Shown: one piece after another, positions 29,622 through 38,831 of the stretch
Layout: every line of letters starts with the position of its first letter
Position numbering within the stretch: position 1 is the stretch's first letter
Notes under the pieces: generated by a model
What the model saw: the letters and a program-made list of their open reading frames with translations, nothing else
Told to the model about the DNA's origin: nothing
The model's database searches: none
Translations under genes and position numbers: made by a program
Assembly: GCA_964362175.1 (NCBI GenBank)
Contig: CAYIDD010000006.1
Coordinates: 1 to 54,325, forward strand
DNA from: an uncultured Candidatus Saccharibacteria bacterium
Lineage (GTDB): Bacteria > Patescibacteriota > Minisyncoccia > Phycocordibacterales > UBA2100
Direction: 5' to 3'
DNA: 54,325 nt

Positions 29622-30563
29622 ATGGCAGATGAAAAGCTCTTGCCCGAAAAAACCGCGTCGCATGCGCATACCACTCATCAGGAACCAAAGCCGAGCCTGC
29701 TTTCAAACGTGCTCGCGATCGTAGGGTTTATCATCCTCATCGTTATCGTGCTGTGGGGCCTGCTCCATATTGCGACCCTCGCTTCTCCGTGGCTCTCTTC
29801 CCTTTTCAACAGAACTTCCACGTCGGTCCAAGTCACCGCTCCGAAGAACGCAACATCGAGTGAGGCGTTTTCTGTCAGCTGGAAATATTCGACATCCGAG
29901 AAAGGCATGTATGGACTTTTGTACCCGTGCAAGGATACGTTCCGACTCGAAACTTCGGGTACGGGTGCTGCAAACACCATTCCCTGCGGTGCCGCGTTTA
30001 CGGTGCCTTCAAACGAAAAAAGTATTGTCGTAACCCCGAGGCTTTCCGGCACTGTCTCGATGAGCGTCCCCCTCTCGATCATTTTCATCCCAAGCGCTAC
30101 GAGCTCCAAACAAGCACAGGGAAGTGCAACCGTGCTTGTACACCCATCCGCTGCCCGCGTTGAGCCTGCGGCTCCGGTCACACCTACCAAGCCCCGTGCA
30201 ATAACTCCCGCCGACCTTTCCGTAAGTATTCTTGGGGCCAATGTCGACGCGTCCGGCATGGCGATCGTTGAATTCGATATTGCGAACAACGGCGGAAGTT
30301 TGAGCGGCACCTATTACTTCGATGCGTACCTCCCGACCCAGAGCGCATACACGTACTCGTCTCCGGCACAGTCTTCACTTGCGCCCGGCGACCACATCGT
30401 AAACACCTTGCGATTCTCGCAGACAGTTCCGGGATCGATCTCGGTCGTGGTTGATCCCGCACAGACCGTGCACGAATCGAATGAGAACAACAACTACGCG
30501 TCGCAGCCTCTCAATGCGCCTTATTACACGCCGCAACCGTACCAGTATCCCTACATCTATTAG
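29622..30563 (+). CDS. Membrane-anchored CARDB/Ig-fold protein
   Basis: TM LAIVGFIILIVIVLWGLL; C-terminal DLSV...FDIANNGG...SLAPG...VVVDP..VHESNENNN CARDB pattern. True start is the internal Met (MADEKLL). Confidence 0.8.
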   Translation: MADEKLLPEKTASHAHTTHQEPKPSLLSNVLAIVGFIILIVIVLWGLLHIATLASPWLSSLFNRTSTSVQVTAPKNATSSEAFSVSWKYSTSEKGMYGLLYPCKDTFRLETSGTGAANTIPCGAAFTVPSNEKSIVVTPRLSGTVSMSVPLSIIFIPSATSSKQAQGSATVLVHPSAARVEPAAPVTPTKPRAITPADLSVSILGANVDASGMAIVEFDIANNGGSLSGTYYFDAYLPTQSAYTYSSPAQSSLAPGDHIVNTLRFSQTVPGSISVVVDPAQTVHESNENNNYASQPLNAPYYTPQPYQYPYIY

Positions 30564-30608
30564 GGCCGACTGGCGGGAGATTTTCTCGTAGCAGCAAGAG
30601 ACAAAGAC

Positions 30609-31628
30609 TCACTGTGAATTCCTAAAATACGCTTCGAGTGTTTCTCGAACGTACATGTGGTCAACGACAACTCCGATCGAGTAGGTAACACCTTCGGCAG
30701 CGGTTTCCCTGCCCGCGACGTAGAGCCCCCCGAACGCCACTTCCTGCGATCCTGGCGGTACATGTAAAAACGCGCCGCCCGACGCCCCCTCTGTTGGCAA
30801 CCTACCATTGCTTTGCGGCTTGGCTTCGCCGGGGGGAAGGATGATGAGACGCCACGACTCGCGATTCGATTTTTTCATGTATTGTACGTCTTCGCGCACG
30901 CGCACGTTCATCCTGCGCAGAACTTCGTCTGATAATCTCGGCGAAATACGCGAAGGATACTGCTTTCGCTCAAATGGACCGGCGTCGTTATCCGATGCGA
31001 GCACCATCCCGACCTGCCCGCTGATATCCTCACCCTGTTTCGCAAGCGGCAAAAGGGAAAGCGCGGACACTCTTTGCGTTCTTGGGTTCATGGCCTCACC
31101 CTCACTCATTTCGTAAAGCGCGACATCGATGTCCCCAGGATGGTACGTCCAACTTTTCCCGCCCGACAGCGGCACGTTGCGAGCAACGTGCGCAGCGGTC
31201 ACCAGAAAATACTTGTTTTTCCCGCCAGTCCGATCGTCTGCGGCAACTTTCAACACGGTACCGTTGCCTCTAAAATGTCTTTTTGCGTCGAGTAATATGC
31301 GAGCTCCATCGTGCATTAAACCCCCGCGACGCTCAAAATCTTTTATCCAAAGCTCATTCGTTCGCGCAAGAGAACGTATCACTGATCCGACCTGTTTTTG
31401 CGTCGGCGCTTCCTGAAAAAGCCGTTGGGCGGTCGGATCTTTCGAAATGAGGGCGAGGTACGCATCGTCCTCTTTCTCGCGCAACGCTTGTGATTCGGTC
31501 AATGCATACACTACGCCCGGCATTGCTGCAACTGCGCCGACACCCAGTCCGCCTTTCAGGAAGGCACGTCTCGACACCACGTCTCCTAACTCCTCTTTCT
31601 TCCGTGGCCCTGACTCGCGTAGACCCAT
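30609..31628 (-). CDS. Trypsin-like serine protease with twin-arginine-like leader
   Basis: SRRAFLKGG leader; LVTAAHV (His), DIDVALY (Asp), EGASGG (Ser). Confidence 0.72.
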   Translation of the reverse strand: MGLRESGPRKKEELGDVVSRRAFLKGGLGVGAVAAMPGVVYALTESQALREKEDDAYLALISKDPTAQRLFQEAPTQKQVGSVIRSLARTNELWIKDFERRGGLMHDGARILLDAKRHFRGNGTVLKVAADDRTGGKNKYFLVTAAHVARNVPLSGGKSWTYHPGDIDVALYEMSEGEAMNPRTQRVSALSLLPLAKQGEDISGQVGMVLASDNDAGPFERKQYPSRISPRLSDEVLRRMNVRVREDVQYMKKSNRESWRLIILPPGEAKPQSNGRLPTEGASGGAFLHVPPGSQEVAFGGLYVAGRETAAEGVTYSIGVVVDHMYVRETLEAYFRNSQ

Positions 31629-31635
31629 GCGCACA

Positions 31636-33717
31636 TTATATATCCAGCGTGGCCTCCTTGGCGTGGCTCTGTATGAACGACTTTCGTGCAGGCACATCGG
31701 TACCCATGAGCATGTCAAAAATCTGATCGGCCTCCTGAGCATCCTCGATCGTTACTTGTTTTAGAATTCTGCGGGCGGGATCCATCGTCGTCTCCCAGAG
31801 CTCCTCGGAATTCATTTCGCCCAGACCCTTGTATCGTTGAACTGAGATTTTAGCGGCTCTCTTCCCTTGGCTCGCCGTAGCCGATCCATCGGCGGAGGCG
31901 GCTTCACCCTCGATCTCTTCGGGCTCACCTTCAACCTCTACGGGCATATCTTTACCCACGAGCTTCACGCGCTCTTCATCCGAATATGCGTAATGGACCT
32001 CTTTACCTTTTCGTACCTTGAAAAGCGGCGGTTGTGCGATGTAGAGAAAGCCCCCGTCGACGACCGGTCGGAAGTGGCGGTAAAAAAGCGTGAGCAAAAG
32101 CGTCCGGATGTGCGCACCATCGACATCGGCATCGGTCGCGAGGATTATTTTGTGGTAGCGCAGCTTTGACACGTCGAAGATATCGCCGATCGCGGTCCCC
32201 AGCGCCACGACGAGATTCCGGATCTGTTCGGACGCGAGCATTTTGTCGAGGCGCGCGCGTTCGATGTTGAGGATCTTTCCGCGCAGCGGCAATATGGCCT
32301 GAAAACGTCGTTCGCGGCCCATCTTCGCGGTGCCGCCAGCCGAATCCCCCTCCACAATGAAGAGCTCGGACTCTTCCGCGCTTTTGCTCTGACAATCCGC
32401 GAGCTTGCCCGGAAGCGTCATGCCGTCCAGCGCCCCTTTGCGGAGGATCGAATCTTTCGCTGCCTTTGCGGCCTTTCGCGCCTTCATTGCAAGCGTTACT
32501 TTGCCGATGATCGCGCGTGCATCGTCCGGATTTTCCTCCAAGAACCGCGCGAATGCTTCACCAAAAACGGATTCGGTCGCTCCGCGCGCCTCCACGCTTC
32601 CGAGCTTTGACTTCGTTTGACCTTCAAACTGCACTTCCCGCATCTTGACCGAAATGACGGCGGTCATGCCTTCCAACACATCGTCACCGGTGAATGAATC
32701 ACTCTCTTTTCCCCCATTTCCATTTTTGACCTGCGCGTTCAGCGTACGTGTGAGCGCCGTTTTGAAACCCGTCACATGCATGCCACCCTCGCTGTTGTAA
32801 ATATTATTTGCAAACGCGGAAAATCGCGACGTGATGTCGTCGACGTACTGCAGGGAAACTTCCACCTGCACGCCATCCTGCTCTTTTTCTATGTAAAAAA
32901 TATTTTTATGGATGGGTTCTTGGTGGCGATTTTGGAACGCCACGAGGCTCCGCAGACCTCCCTCGAAATAAAAGGTCGTTGAGGGCGCATCAATGCCCAG
33001 CTCGCGAAGATAGAACACGTTTTCGTCCTCAACCTTCCCCGCGTTCCGGAGATCAAGAATGGAAATGCGCAAGCCCCGCACGAGATACGCCTGCTGGCGC
33101 ATGTGGGAAACGATGGTGTCCCAATTAAGCGCGCGATCCGGGAAGATCGATGGGTCTGACTGGAATGTAATGATGGTGCCGTGGAGATCCGATGAGCCGA
33201 TTTTTTTGGTTTTCCCGATAGGCTTACCGCCATTTTTGTATTCCTGAACATATTGGCCGCCATCACGGTGCACTTCTGCACGTACGTGGGATGAAAGCGC
33301 GTTCACGACCGACACACCGACGCCGTGGAGACCGCCTGAGACCTTGTATCCTTCTCCTCCGAATTTCCCTCCCGCGTGAAGCACGGTCATGACCGTCTCA
33401 AGTGTCGAGACTTTGGTCTTGGGATGGATCTCTACCGGAATACCGCGGCCATTGTCCGCGACGCGCACGCGATTATCTGGCAAAAGCGCGATCTCTATGT
33501 CGTTGCAGTATCCGCCCATCGCCTCGTCGCGTGAGTTGTCGAAGACTTCCCAAATGAGGTGGTGCAAGCCGGCGCTGTCGGTGGTGCCGATGTACATTCC
33601 CGGCCGGCGCCGCACCGCCTCCAAACCTTCCAGAACGGTGATGTCGCTCGCCCCGTACGAAGAACCGCCCTTTTTGGGCGCGGTATCTCTGGTCTTTTTT
33701 GCCTTCGTTTCAGCCAT
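31636..33717 (-). CDS. gyrB: DNA gyrase subunit B
   Basis: LEAVRRRPGMYIG, DNGRGIP, SGGLHGVG, VEGDSAGG, PLRGKILN, DADVDGAHI, RYKGLGEMN. Confidence 0.96.
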   Translation of the reverse strand: MAETKAKKTRDTAPKKGGSSYGASDITVLEGLEAVRRRPGMYIGTTDSAGLHHLIWEVFDNSRDEAMGGYCNDIEIALLPDNRVRVADNGRGIPVEIHPKTKVSTLETVMTVLHAGGKFGGEGYKVSGGLHGVGVSVVNALSSHVRAEVHRDGGQYVQEYKNGGKPIGKTKKIGSSDLHGTIITFQSDPSIFPDRALNWDTIVSHMRQQAYLVRGLRISILDLRNAGKVEDENVFYLRELGIDAPSTTFYFEGGLRSLVAFQNRHQEPIHKNIFYIEKEQDGVQVEVSLQYVDDITSRFSAFANNIYNSEGGMHVTGFKTALTRTLNAQVKNGNGGKESDSFTGDDVLEGMTAVISVKMREVQFEGQTKSKLGSVEARGATESVFGEAFARFLEENPDDARAIIGKVTLAMKARKAAKAAKDSILRKGALDGMTLPGKLADCQSKSAEESELFIVEGDSAGGTAKMGRERRFQAILPLRGKILNIERARLDKMLASEQIRNLVVALGTAIGDIFDVSKLRYHKIILATDADVDGAHIRTLLLTLFYRHFRPVVDGGFLYIAQPPLFKVRKGKEVHYAYSDEERVKLVGKDMPVEVEGEPEEIEGEAASADGSATASQGKRAAKISVQRYKGLGEMNSEELWETTMDPARRILKQVTIEDAQEADQIFDMLMGTDVPARKSFIQSHAKEATLDI

Positions 33718-33810
33718 ATTTCGTGCGTCCAGTATAGCAGAAAAAGCCTCGTTTGCATAGCAAAAACCGCTGTGTGTGGGGGCCGCCCAGGGGGGTCAAA
33801 TAAGTACACA

Positions 33811-33839
33811 TTGCAATAAAAAACCCCATCTGTTAGGGT
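33811..33839 (+). promoter_or_regulatory. Sigma70 promoter
   Basis: TTGCAA-17nt-TAGGGT, followed by the hairpin GCTCCTC-GT-GAGGAGC and an AAGGAGG SD. Confidence 0.6.
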
Positions 33840-33889
33840 GCCGCTGGCTCCTCGTGAGGAGCTTCGAGGCAATCGAGAAGGAGGATGCG

Positions 33890-34474
33890 ATGTTGTACCT
33901 GTTGATAGCCGTTTTCCTGTTCGTTGCGCCCGTGGCGGCGAACGCCCAGATGACAGCGGCCACATTCGAGCGGGTCTATGGCAAGCTGCCGGAGTACTTC
34001 GTGAAAGAGGCGTTCGGCAATTGCGGTGACCCGTGCGTGATACCCAACACCAAAGGAGGGTTGGTCCCAGGGATTTTCGGGTTGGCGGGTCACGCCGTTG
34101 GCAAGGCAAGGGCGGTCACGTTTTTGATCGCTGATGATGTCTGCCAAGGCCCCTGTGTTTTGGCCCTCGATTATGCGAGGCCCTGGTCGTGTATCGGGCC
34201 GCATATCGATCTCGCGTTCTTCAGGAACCAACGTCCGATGCCCCAAAAGATCGACCCGCCTCATTCACCGGACGTCAAGAAATGGGTGCGGGGAAAAATG
34301 CTCCGGGAGGGCAGGGTGCTGCCTCCAGATCCCACGATGTCGTTCTTCCCGGTCTCGCCCTTTCCAGATGAGCCTGTCAGGCTAACGCCGGAAGAAGCGC
34401 GACAAATCTTTACACCCTGCAGCGAATCGCTGCTGAAGATCGCGACAGAGCGCAAAGTTGCCACGCGCAAGTGA
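33890..34474 (+). CDS. Secreted hypothetical protein, possibly a degenerate ClpP/crotonase-like fold
   Basis: Signal peptide ending ANA; GG...DDVCQGPCVLAL...CIGP..LAFF pattern; strong SD. Confidence 0.7.
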   Translation: MLYLLIAVFLFVAPVAANAQMTAATFERVYGKLPEYFVKEAFGNCGDPCVIPNTKGGLVPGIFGLAGHAVGKARAVTFLIADDVCQGPCVLALDYARPWSCIGPHIDLAFFRNQRPMPQKIDPPHSPDVKKWVRGKMLREGRVLPPDPTMSFFPVSPFPDEPVRLTPEEARQIFTPCSESLLKIATERKVATRK

Positions 34475-34496
34475 TCGGCGAAAGACTTGTGCAAGC

Positions 34497-34524
34497 CGCC
34501 GAGTCCCATGAGGGGGACTCGGCG
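34497..34524 (+). terminator. Intrinsic terminator
   Basis: CGCCGAGTCCC-6nt-GGGACTCGGCG followed by ACTTTCTTTTT. Confidence 0.8.
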
Positions 34525-34620
34525 ACTTTCTTTTTATCTTACTTCGAAAAACCACCCCTTTGCCCCAGGCAAAGGCGATGTGTATAGTGGCGGAGCACAC
34601 ATGCAAAAAGGGAGACTGGC

Positions 34621-35106
34621 ATGCGCCTGATTCTGTCTATATGTGCGGCTTTCGTCGGCCTCGGCCTCATTATCGGGGCTGATGTTTATGCCTACCGCGA
34701 GATGGAGCGGATCCGTTCTTGTCCCGTCGTGTCGCTGAAGGGAGCGGCGCATGTTCAGTGCAAGGACTGGACTCGCGCGTTTCCTCTCAGCGCCGTCTTC
34801 GAGGGCGATCGCACGATGGTGCGAACGGGGGTCACCGTGCTTGAGTGCACGTGGACACAGAAAGCTTCTCGTGTGCTGGGCATCCCCCTCAGCACGGTGA
34901 AAAACAGCCGGCGGTGCGCGATCTTTAGCATCACCCGCAACGGGGACAACAAGGAGCCCGGGCGTTCGCCCGGGCTTCATTCTTTAGCGTACCTCCCAAC
35001 CCCTATCTTTCACTGCCGCATTCACTTTTTCCATGACCGCATTCGCCTCTGCATCGGTGAGTGTGCGCCCGGGGGATTGGAAAATGAGGCGGAATGCCAG
35101 CGATAG
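34621..35106 (+). CDS. Small exported hypothetical protein (3' end doubtful; may end near 34928)
   Basis: Hydrophobic N-terminus, four Cys in the first 100 aa after the leader, AGGGAG SD, TTGCCC-17-TATAGT promoter. The ORF runs through a hairpin into pheT. Confidence 0.55.
   Translation: MRLILSICAAFVGLGLIIGADVYAYREMERIRSCPVVSLKGAAHVQCKDWTRAFPLSAVFEGDRTMVRTGVTVLECTWTQKASRVLGIPLSTVKNSRRCAIFSITRNGDNKEPGRSPGLHSLAYLPTPIFHCRIHFFHDRIRLCIGECAPGGLENEAECQR
34955..34976. terminator. Hairpin between convergent genes
   Basis: AGCCCGGGCG-TT-CGCCCGGGCT. Confidence 0.6.
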
Positions 35107-36765
35107 TCTTCCGCTCTTTTCAAAACGGTCAAAGGGTCGCACATGCAGGCACATGGGCGCAGCCCACATCGCTAAATCCGATCGGAGACGGTCTGCATCA
35201 GTGTCGGCTGGCACCCAAAGTGCTATATCACGAACAATGAACGGATATTTTGAGAAAGGTTGATAGCGTCCGGTTTTCGAAAGCGGTAGCTCGTCATACG
35301 TGGGAGAACCCGCGCCTTCAAGATGCATCTCCGCTGCTTTTTCCTTTTCGCTCGCGGTACTAACCATCATCATTTCTTTACCGTCGCGCCACACTACCCC
35401 TATCTCGAATAATTTCACTTCTTTGAGCCCGAGCAGGTCTTTGTTGTGGATATTTCTTTCGAGCGCATCGTTGAGACCGTCGACGAGCGTCGCTCGCAAG
35501 TACGGCCTTACGCTATCGACTTTGTTGGCAACGGCTCGTTCGCCCGCATCGGCGAAGACGGATGTGAAGACTTCCGAATAGCCTTTCGAAACAAGGTCCT
35601 CGCGGATTTTCTCGGCCGCATAAAAATTCGCATTGACCTCCGGCTTTTTCGGGAACGGCGGCAGCTCGGTCGCGGGTACTTTGTCGTATCCGATGATGCG
35701 CCCCACTTCCTCAACTAAGTCTTCGGCGATGAGAATATCGAGACGCTCGAAGAGCGGGATAACTTTGAACACTCCGCCTTCTTCTTTGTACCCGAACTCC
35801 AGCCGCACAAAAACATCGGCGATCTCTGCTGCCGTTAATCCGGTCCCGAGCACCTGATTGATCTTTTCGACGGAGACAGAGACGGTTTTCTGATCCCCCT
35901 TCGTTGGATACGCGTCCGCGAACCCCGCGATCGTCCCGCCTGCAAGCTGCACGATGAGGTCCGCCGCCGCGCGCATACCGTATGCGGCCAACTCTGGAGA
36001 AATTACCTGCTCGAATCGCTGCGATGCGTCCGTACGAAGCTTTAATGCTTGAGCGGTCTTTCGCGTACTAGCCCCATCGAAGTTCGCGGACTCGATAACG
36101 ATGTCCACAGTATCACCGTCGACTCCCGAGGGCCTCCCACCCTTAACTCCAGCGATCCCTATGGTCGCATCTGCATTGGCGTCCGAAATAACAAGCATCG
36201 CAGGGGTAAGTGCATACTCTTTATCATCAAGCGCAAGCATTTTCTCTGCTTTTCGCGCGCTACGAACGGCGATCGCATACTTCCCGTCTTTCGCAGACAA
36301 CTTCCCTGCGTCGAACGCATGCAAAGGCTGGCCGAGATCGAACATCACGTAGTTCGTCGCGTCAACGATATTATTTATCGAGCGCTGCCCCAAGGACTCC
36401 AGCGCCTTTCGCAGCCATTCCGGCGACGGGCCGACCTTCACTCCCTTGATATAGCCAGCGATATACCGAGAACACAGTGGCGTATCGATGGATACTGACA
36501 CTGCCTCCACCTTCGGCTCGATGATGATGGACTTACGAGGTCCATCATTTTTGAGCGGGAGTTTAAGGATAGCGGAAAGCTCTTTTGCGATACCACGATG
36601 CGACAAGCAATCATGTCCACGATTCGGCGTTACTTTTACATCGAGAATGTCTCCCTCGATACCATCAATTTCGAACGCGTGGAATGTGAGCGCCTCGGAA
36701 AGCGCAGCCATATCAGACAGCGGGTTCTCAAAATAGGTTTGGAGCCACGCGCGCGAAATCTTCAT
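34984..36765 (-). CDS. pheT: Phenylalanine--tRNA ligase beta subunit (short form)
   Basis: MKISRAWL, VTPNRGHDCLSHRGIAKE, NNIVDATNYVM..GQPLHAFD, EDLVEEVGRIIGY, FDX-ACB domain RDIAL...RTLTDAE. Confidence 0.95.
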   Translation of the reverse strand: MKISRAWLQTYFENPLSDMAALSEALTFHAFEIDGIEGDILDVKVTPNRGHDCLSHRGIAKELSAILKLPLKNDGPRKSIIIEPKVEAVSVSIDTPLCSRYIAGYIKGVKVGPSPEWLRKALESLGQRSINNIVDATNYVMFDLGQPLHAFDAGKLSAKDGKYAIAVRSARKAEKMLALDDKEYALTPAMLVISDANADATIGIAGVKGGRPSGVDGDTVDIVIESANFDGASTRKTAQALKLRTDASQRFEQVISPELAAYGMRAAADLIVQLAGGTIAGFADAYPTKGDQKTVSVSVEKINQVLGTGLTAAEIADVFVRLEFGYKEEGGVFKVIPLFERLDILIAEDLVEEVGRIIGYDKVPATELPPFPKKPEVNANFYAAEKIREDLVSKGYSEVFTSVFADAGERAVANKVDSVRPYLRATLVDGLNDALERNIHNKDLLGLKEVKLFEIGVVWRDGKEMMMVSTASEKEKAAEMHLEGAGSPTYDELPLSKTGRYQPFSKYPFIVRDIALWVPADTDADRLRSDLAMWAAPMCLHVRPFDRFEKSGRLSLAFRLIFQSPGRTLTDAEANAVMEKVNAAVKDRGWEVR

Positions 36766-36766
36766 A

Positions 36767-37498
36767 CTAGAATTGATCGATGAACCGCAGATCGGCCGAG
36801 TGCATGAGGCGGATGTCGTCGATGCCCCAACGCAAAAGCGCAAGCCTGTCGAGGCCCATGCCGAAGGCGAATCCGCGATATTTTTTTGGATCAACCCCCG
36901 CATTCTCCAGAACGCTCGGATGCACCATACCTGCGCCCATCATTTCTATCCACTTGCCGCGCAACTTTTCGGGCGCAGCGTCCCCAACGACGCGCATATC
37001 CACCTCGACGCTCGGCTCCGTGAACGGGAAAAAACTCGGCCGGAAGCGTATCTCAACCTCGGCGCCCTTGAATAGTTCTTTGAAGAATCGAGCGAGTGTG
37101 CCTTTGAGATGCGCGAGTGTAATATCTTCCCCGACTGCGAGTCCTTCTATCTGAAAAAATTCCGCTTCATGTGTCACGTCGGTCGCCTCGTTGCGGAAGA
37201 CTTTGCCAGGCACGATGACGCGATACGGCGGCGCGATACCTTTTTTCATCTGCGATTCCATATAACGCACCTGCACAGGTGATGTGTGCGTACGCAAGAC
37301 CATCCCCGGCTCGTCCTTGATGAAAAATGTGTCCTGCATATCCCGCGCAGGATGATCTTGGGGAACGTTGAGGGCATTGAAATTGTGCCACTCATCTTCC
37401 AGAAGCGGTCCCTCCTCAAAGGCAAATCCCATATTGAAAAATATCGCGTTCGCCTCACGAATGAGCGACGAGATGGGGTGAATGTGACCACGCGGCAT
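36767..37498 (-). CDS. pheS: Phenylalanine--tRNA ligase alpha subunit (catalytic core only)
   Basis: GHIHP, HPARDMQDTF, LRTHTSPVQ, FRPSFFPFTEPS, GFAFGMGLDRL. Confidence 0.96.
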   Translation of the reverse strand: MPRGHIHPISSLIREANAIFFNMGFAFEEGPLLEDEWHNFNALNVPQDHPARDMQDTFFIKDEPGMVLRTHTSPVQVRYMESQMKKGIAPPYRVIVPGKVFRNEATDVTHEAEFFQIEGLAVGEDITLAHLKGTLARFFKELFKGAEVEIRFRPSFFPFTEPSVEVDMRVVGDAAPEKLRGKWIEMMGAGMVHPSVLENAGVDPKKYRGFAFGMGLDRLALLRWGIDDIRLMHSADLRFIDQF

Positions 37499-37591
37499 GA
37501 AGGCCAGTATAGCGCAACGAGGACAGGCGGACACCCTGAAAACACCGTGTGTGCTTCCAGCACGGAGCTTTTTATGGTATAAACACGCACT

Positions 37592-38830
37592 ATGTCAGAT
37601 GGAGGCATTGGCGCGGGGGTTACGTACCTCTTTCTTTTTTTCTCGTTGTATTTCGAGATCTTTCTGCTTATTTCATTTCTCGAGAGACGCCGTGGGCACT
37701 TCCCCACCACACGCACAACGCCCAGACAATTCCCGCACGTTGCGGTCGTCGTTCCCTGTTTTAATGAAGGACAAACTCTCGGAACGACTCTACATTCGCT
37801 CATGGCCCTTGAATATCCCCGCGAAAAAATAGAGATACTGGTCGTCGATGATGGCTCGGCCGACGACACGCTTTCGATCGCACGATCCTTTGCGCACGAC
37901 ACACGCATCCGCGTATTCCACAAAAAAAATGGCGGCAAGCACACTGCGATGAATCTCGCGCTTCAGAATACCCAAGCGGAATTGATCGGTTGTCTCGATG
38001 CGGATTCAACCGTCGACCCCAAAGCGCTCCTTGCCCTTCTGCCGGTATTCGAAAATCCGTCCATCGCAGCCGTTACCCCGGGAATCCATGTGCGGGATCC
38101 CCAGACCATACTTCAGCACGTGCAAAGGGTTGAATATCGCCTTAGCATCTTCAACCGCTTTACTTTTGCAGGACTTGGCTCTGTCTTCATCACGCCCGGC
38201 CCATTCTCGTTTTTCCGTGCGTCCGTCGTGCGTGAATTGGGAGGATGGCGTCATGGACATTCCACCGAGGATATGGAAATGGCGCTCCGCATGCAACAGG
38301 CCGGACATTTGATCGCGAACGCACCGAATGCGGTCGTGCACACCGCGACACCCGCAACATTGCGTGCGCTTTTCCACCAGCGCGTTCGATGGACCTACGG
38401 CTGGTTGCGCAATGCCATTGACTACCGGTTTATGATAGGGAATAAACGTTTCGGGAATCTGGGCCTGATCATCCTCCCTTCGGCCCTTGTTTCCATCGCT
38501 GCGGGTATTTTCTTTTTTACCCGCATTCTGTGGAACTCCCTTCAGGAAACCATGCACTACATTACGCGGGTCGAGGCCACGGGCTCGATCGCATCTCACG
38601 CCTCCTTCAATCTTTTCTACATCAACACGAGCGCGATTCTTTTCCTTGCCATGGTGAGTGTCGGTATGATCGTAGTCCTCATCGGCACAGGATCGTTCAT
38701 CGGCACCGGTTCCCGCCGCCTTCCCGCCGCCACGCCCCTCTTCCTTATCTTCTACGGCCTTCTTGCCCCCCTGTGGCTCTGTACCGCAACGGTACGCGCC
38801 GTCCTCAAAACCGGCGTTCGCTGGCGCTAA
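37592..38830 (+). CDS. Processive GT2 glycosyltransferase (IcaA/PgaC/cellulose synthase-like)
   Basis: VPCFNE, DDGS, GGK, LDAD, TED, QRVRW motifs plus TM helices. Confidence 0.9.
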   Translation: MSDGGIGAGVTYLFLFFSLYFEIFLLISFLERRRGHFPTTRTTPRQFPHVAVVVPCFNEGQTLGTTLHSLMALEYPREKIEILVVDDGSADDTLSIARSFAHDTRIRVFHKKNGGKHTAMNLALQNTQAELIGCLDADSTVDPKALLALLPVFENPSIAAVTPGIHVRDPQTILQHVQRVEYRLSIFNRFTFAGLGSVFITPGPFSFFRASVVRELGGWRHGHSTEDMEMALRMQQAGHLIANAPNAVVHTATPATLRALFHQRVRWTYGWLRNAIDYRFMIGNKRFGNLGLIILPSALVSIAAGIFFFTRILWNSLQETMHYITRVEATGSIASHASFNLFYINTSAILFLAMVSVGMIVVLIGTGSFIGTGSRRLPAATPLFLIFYGLLAPLWLCTATVRAVLKTGVRWR

Positions 38831-38831
38831 T

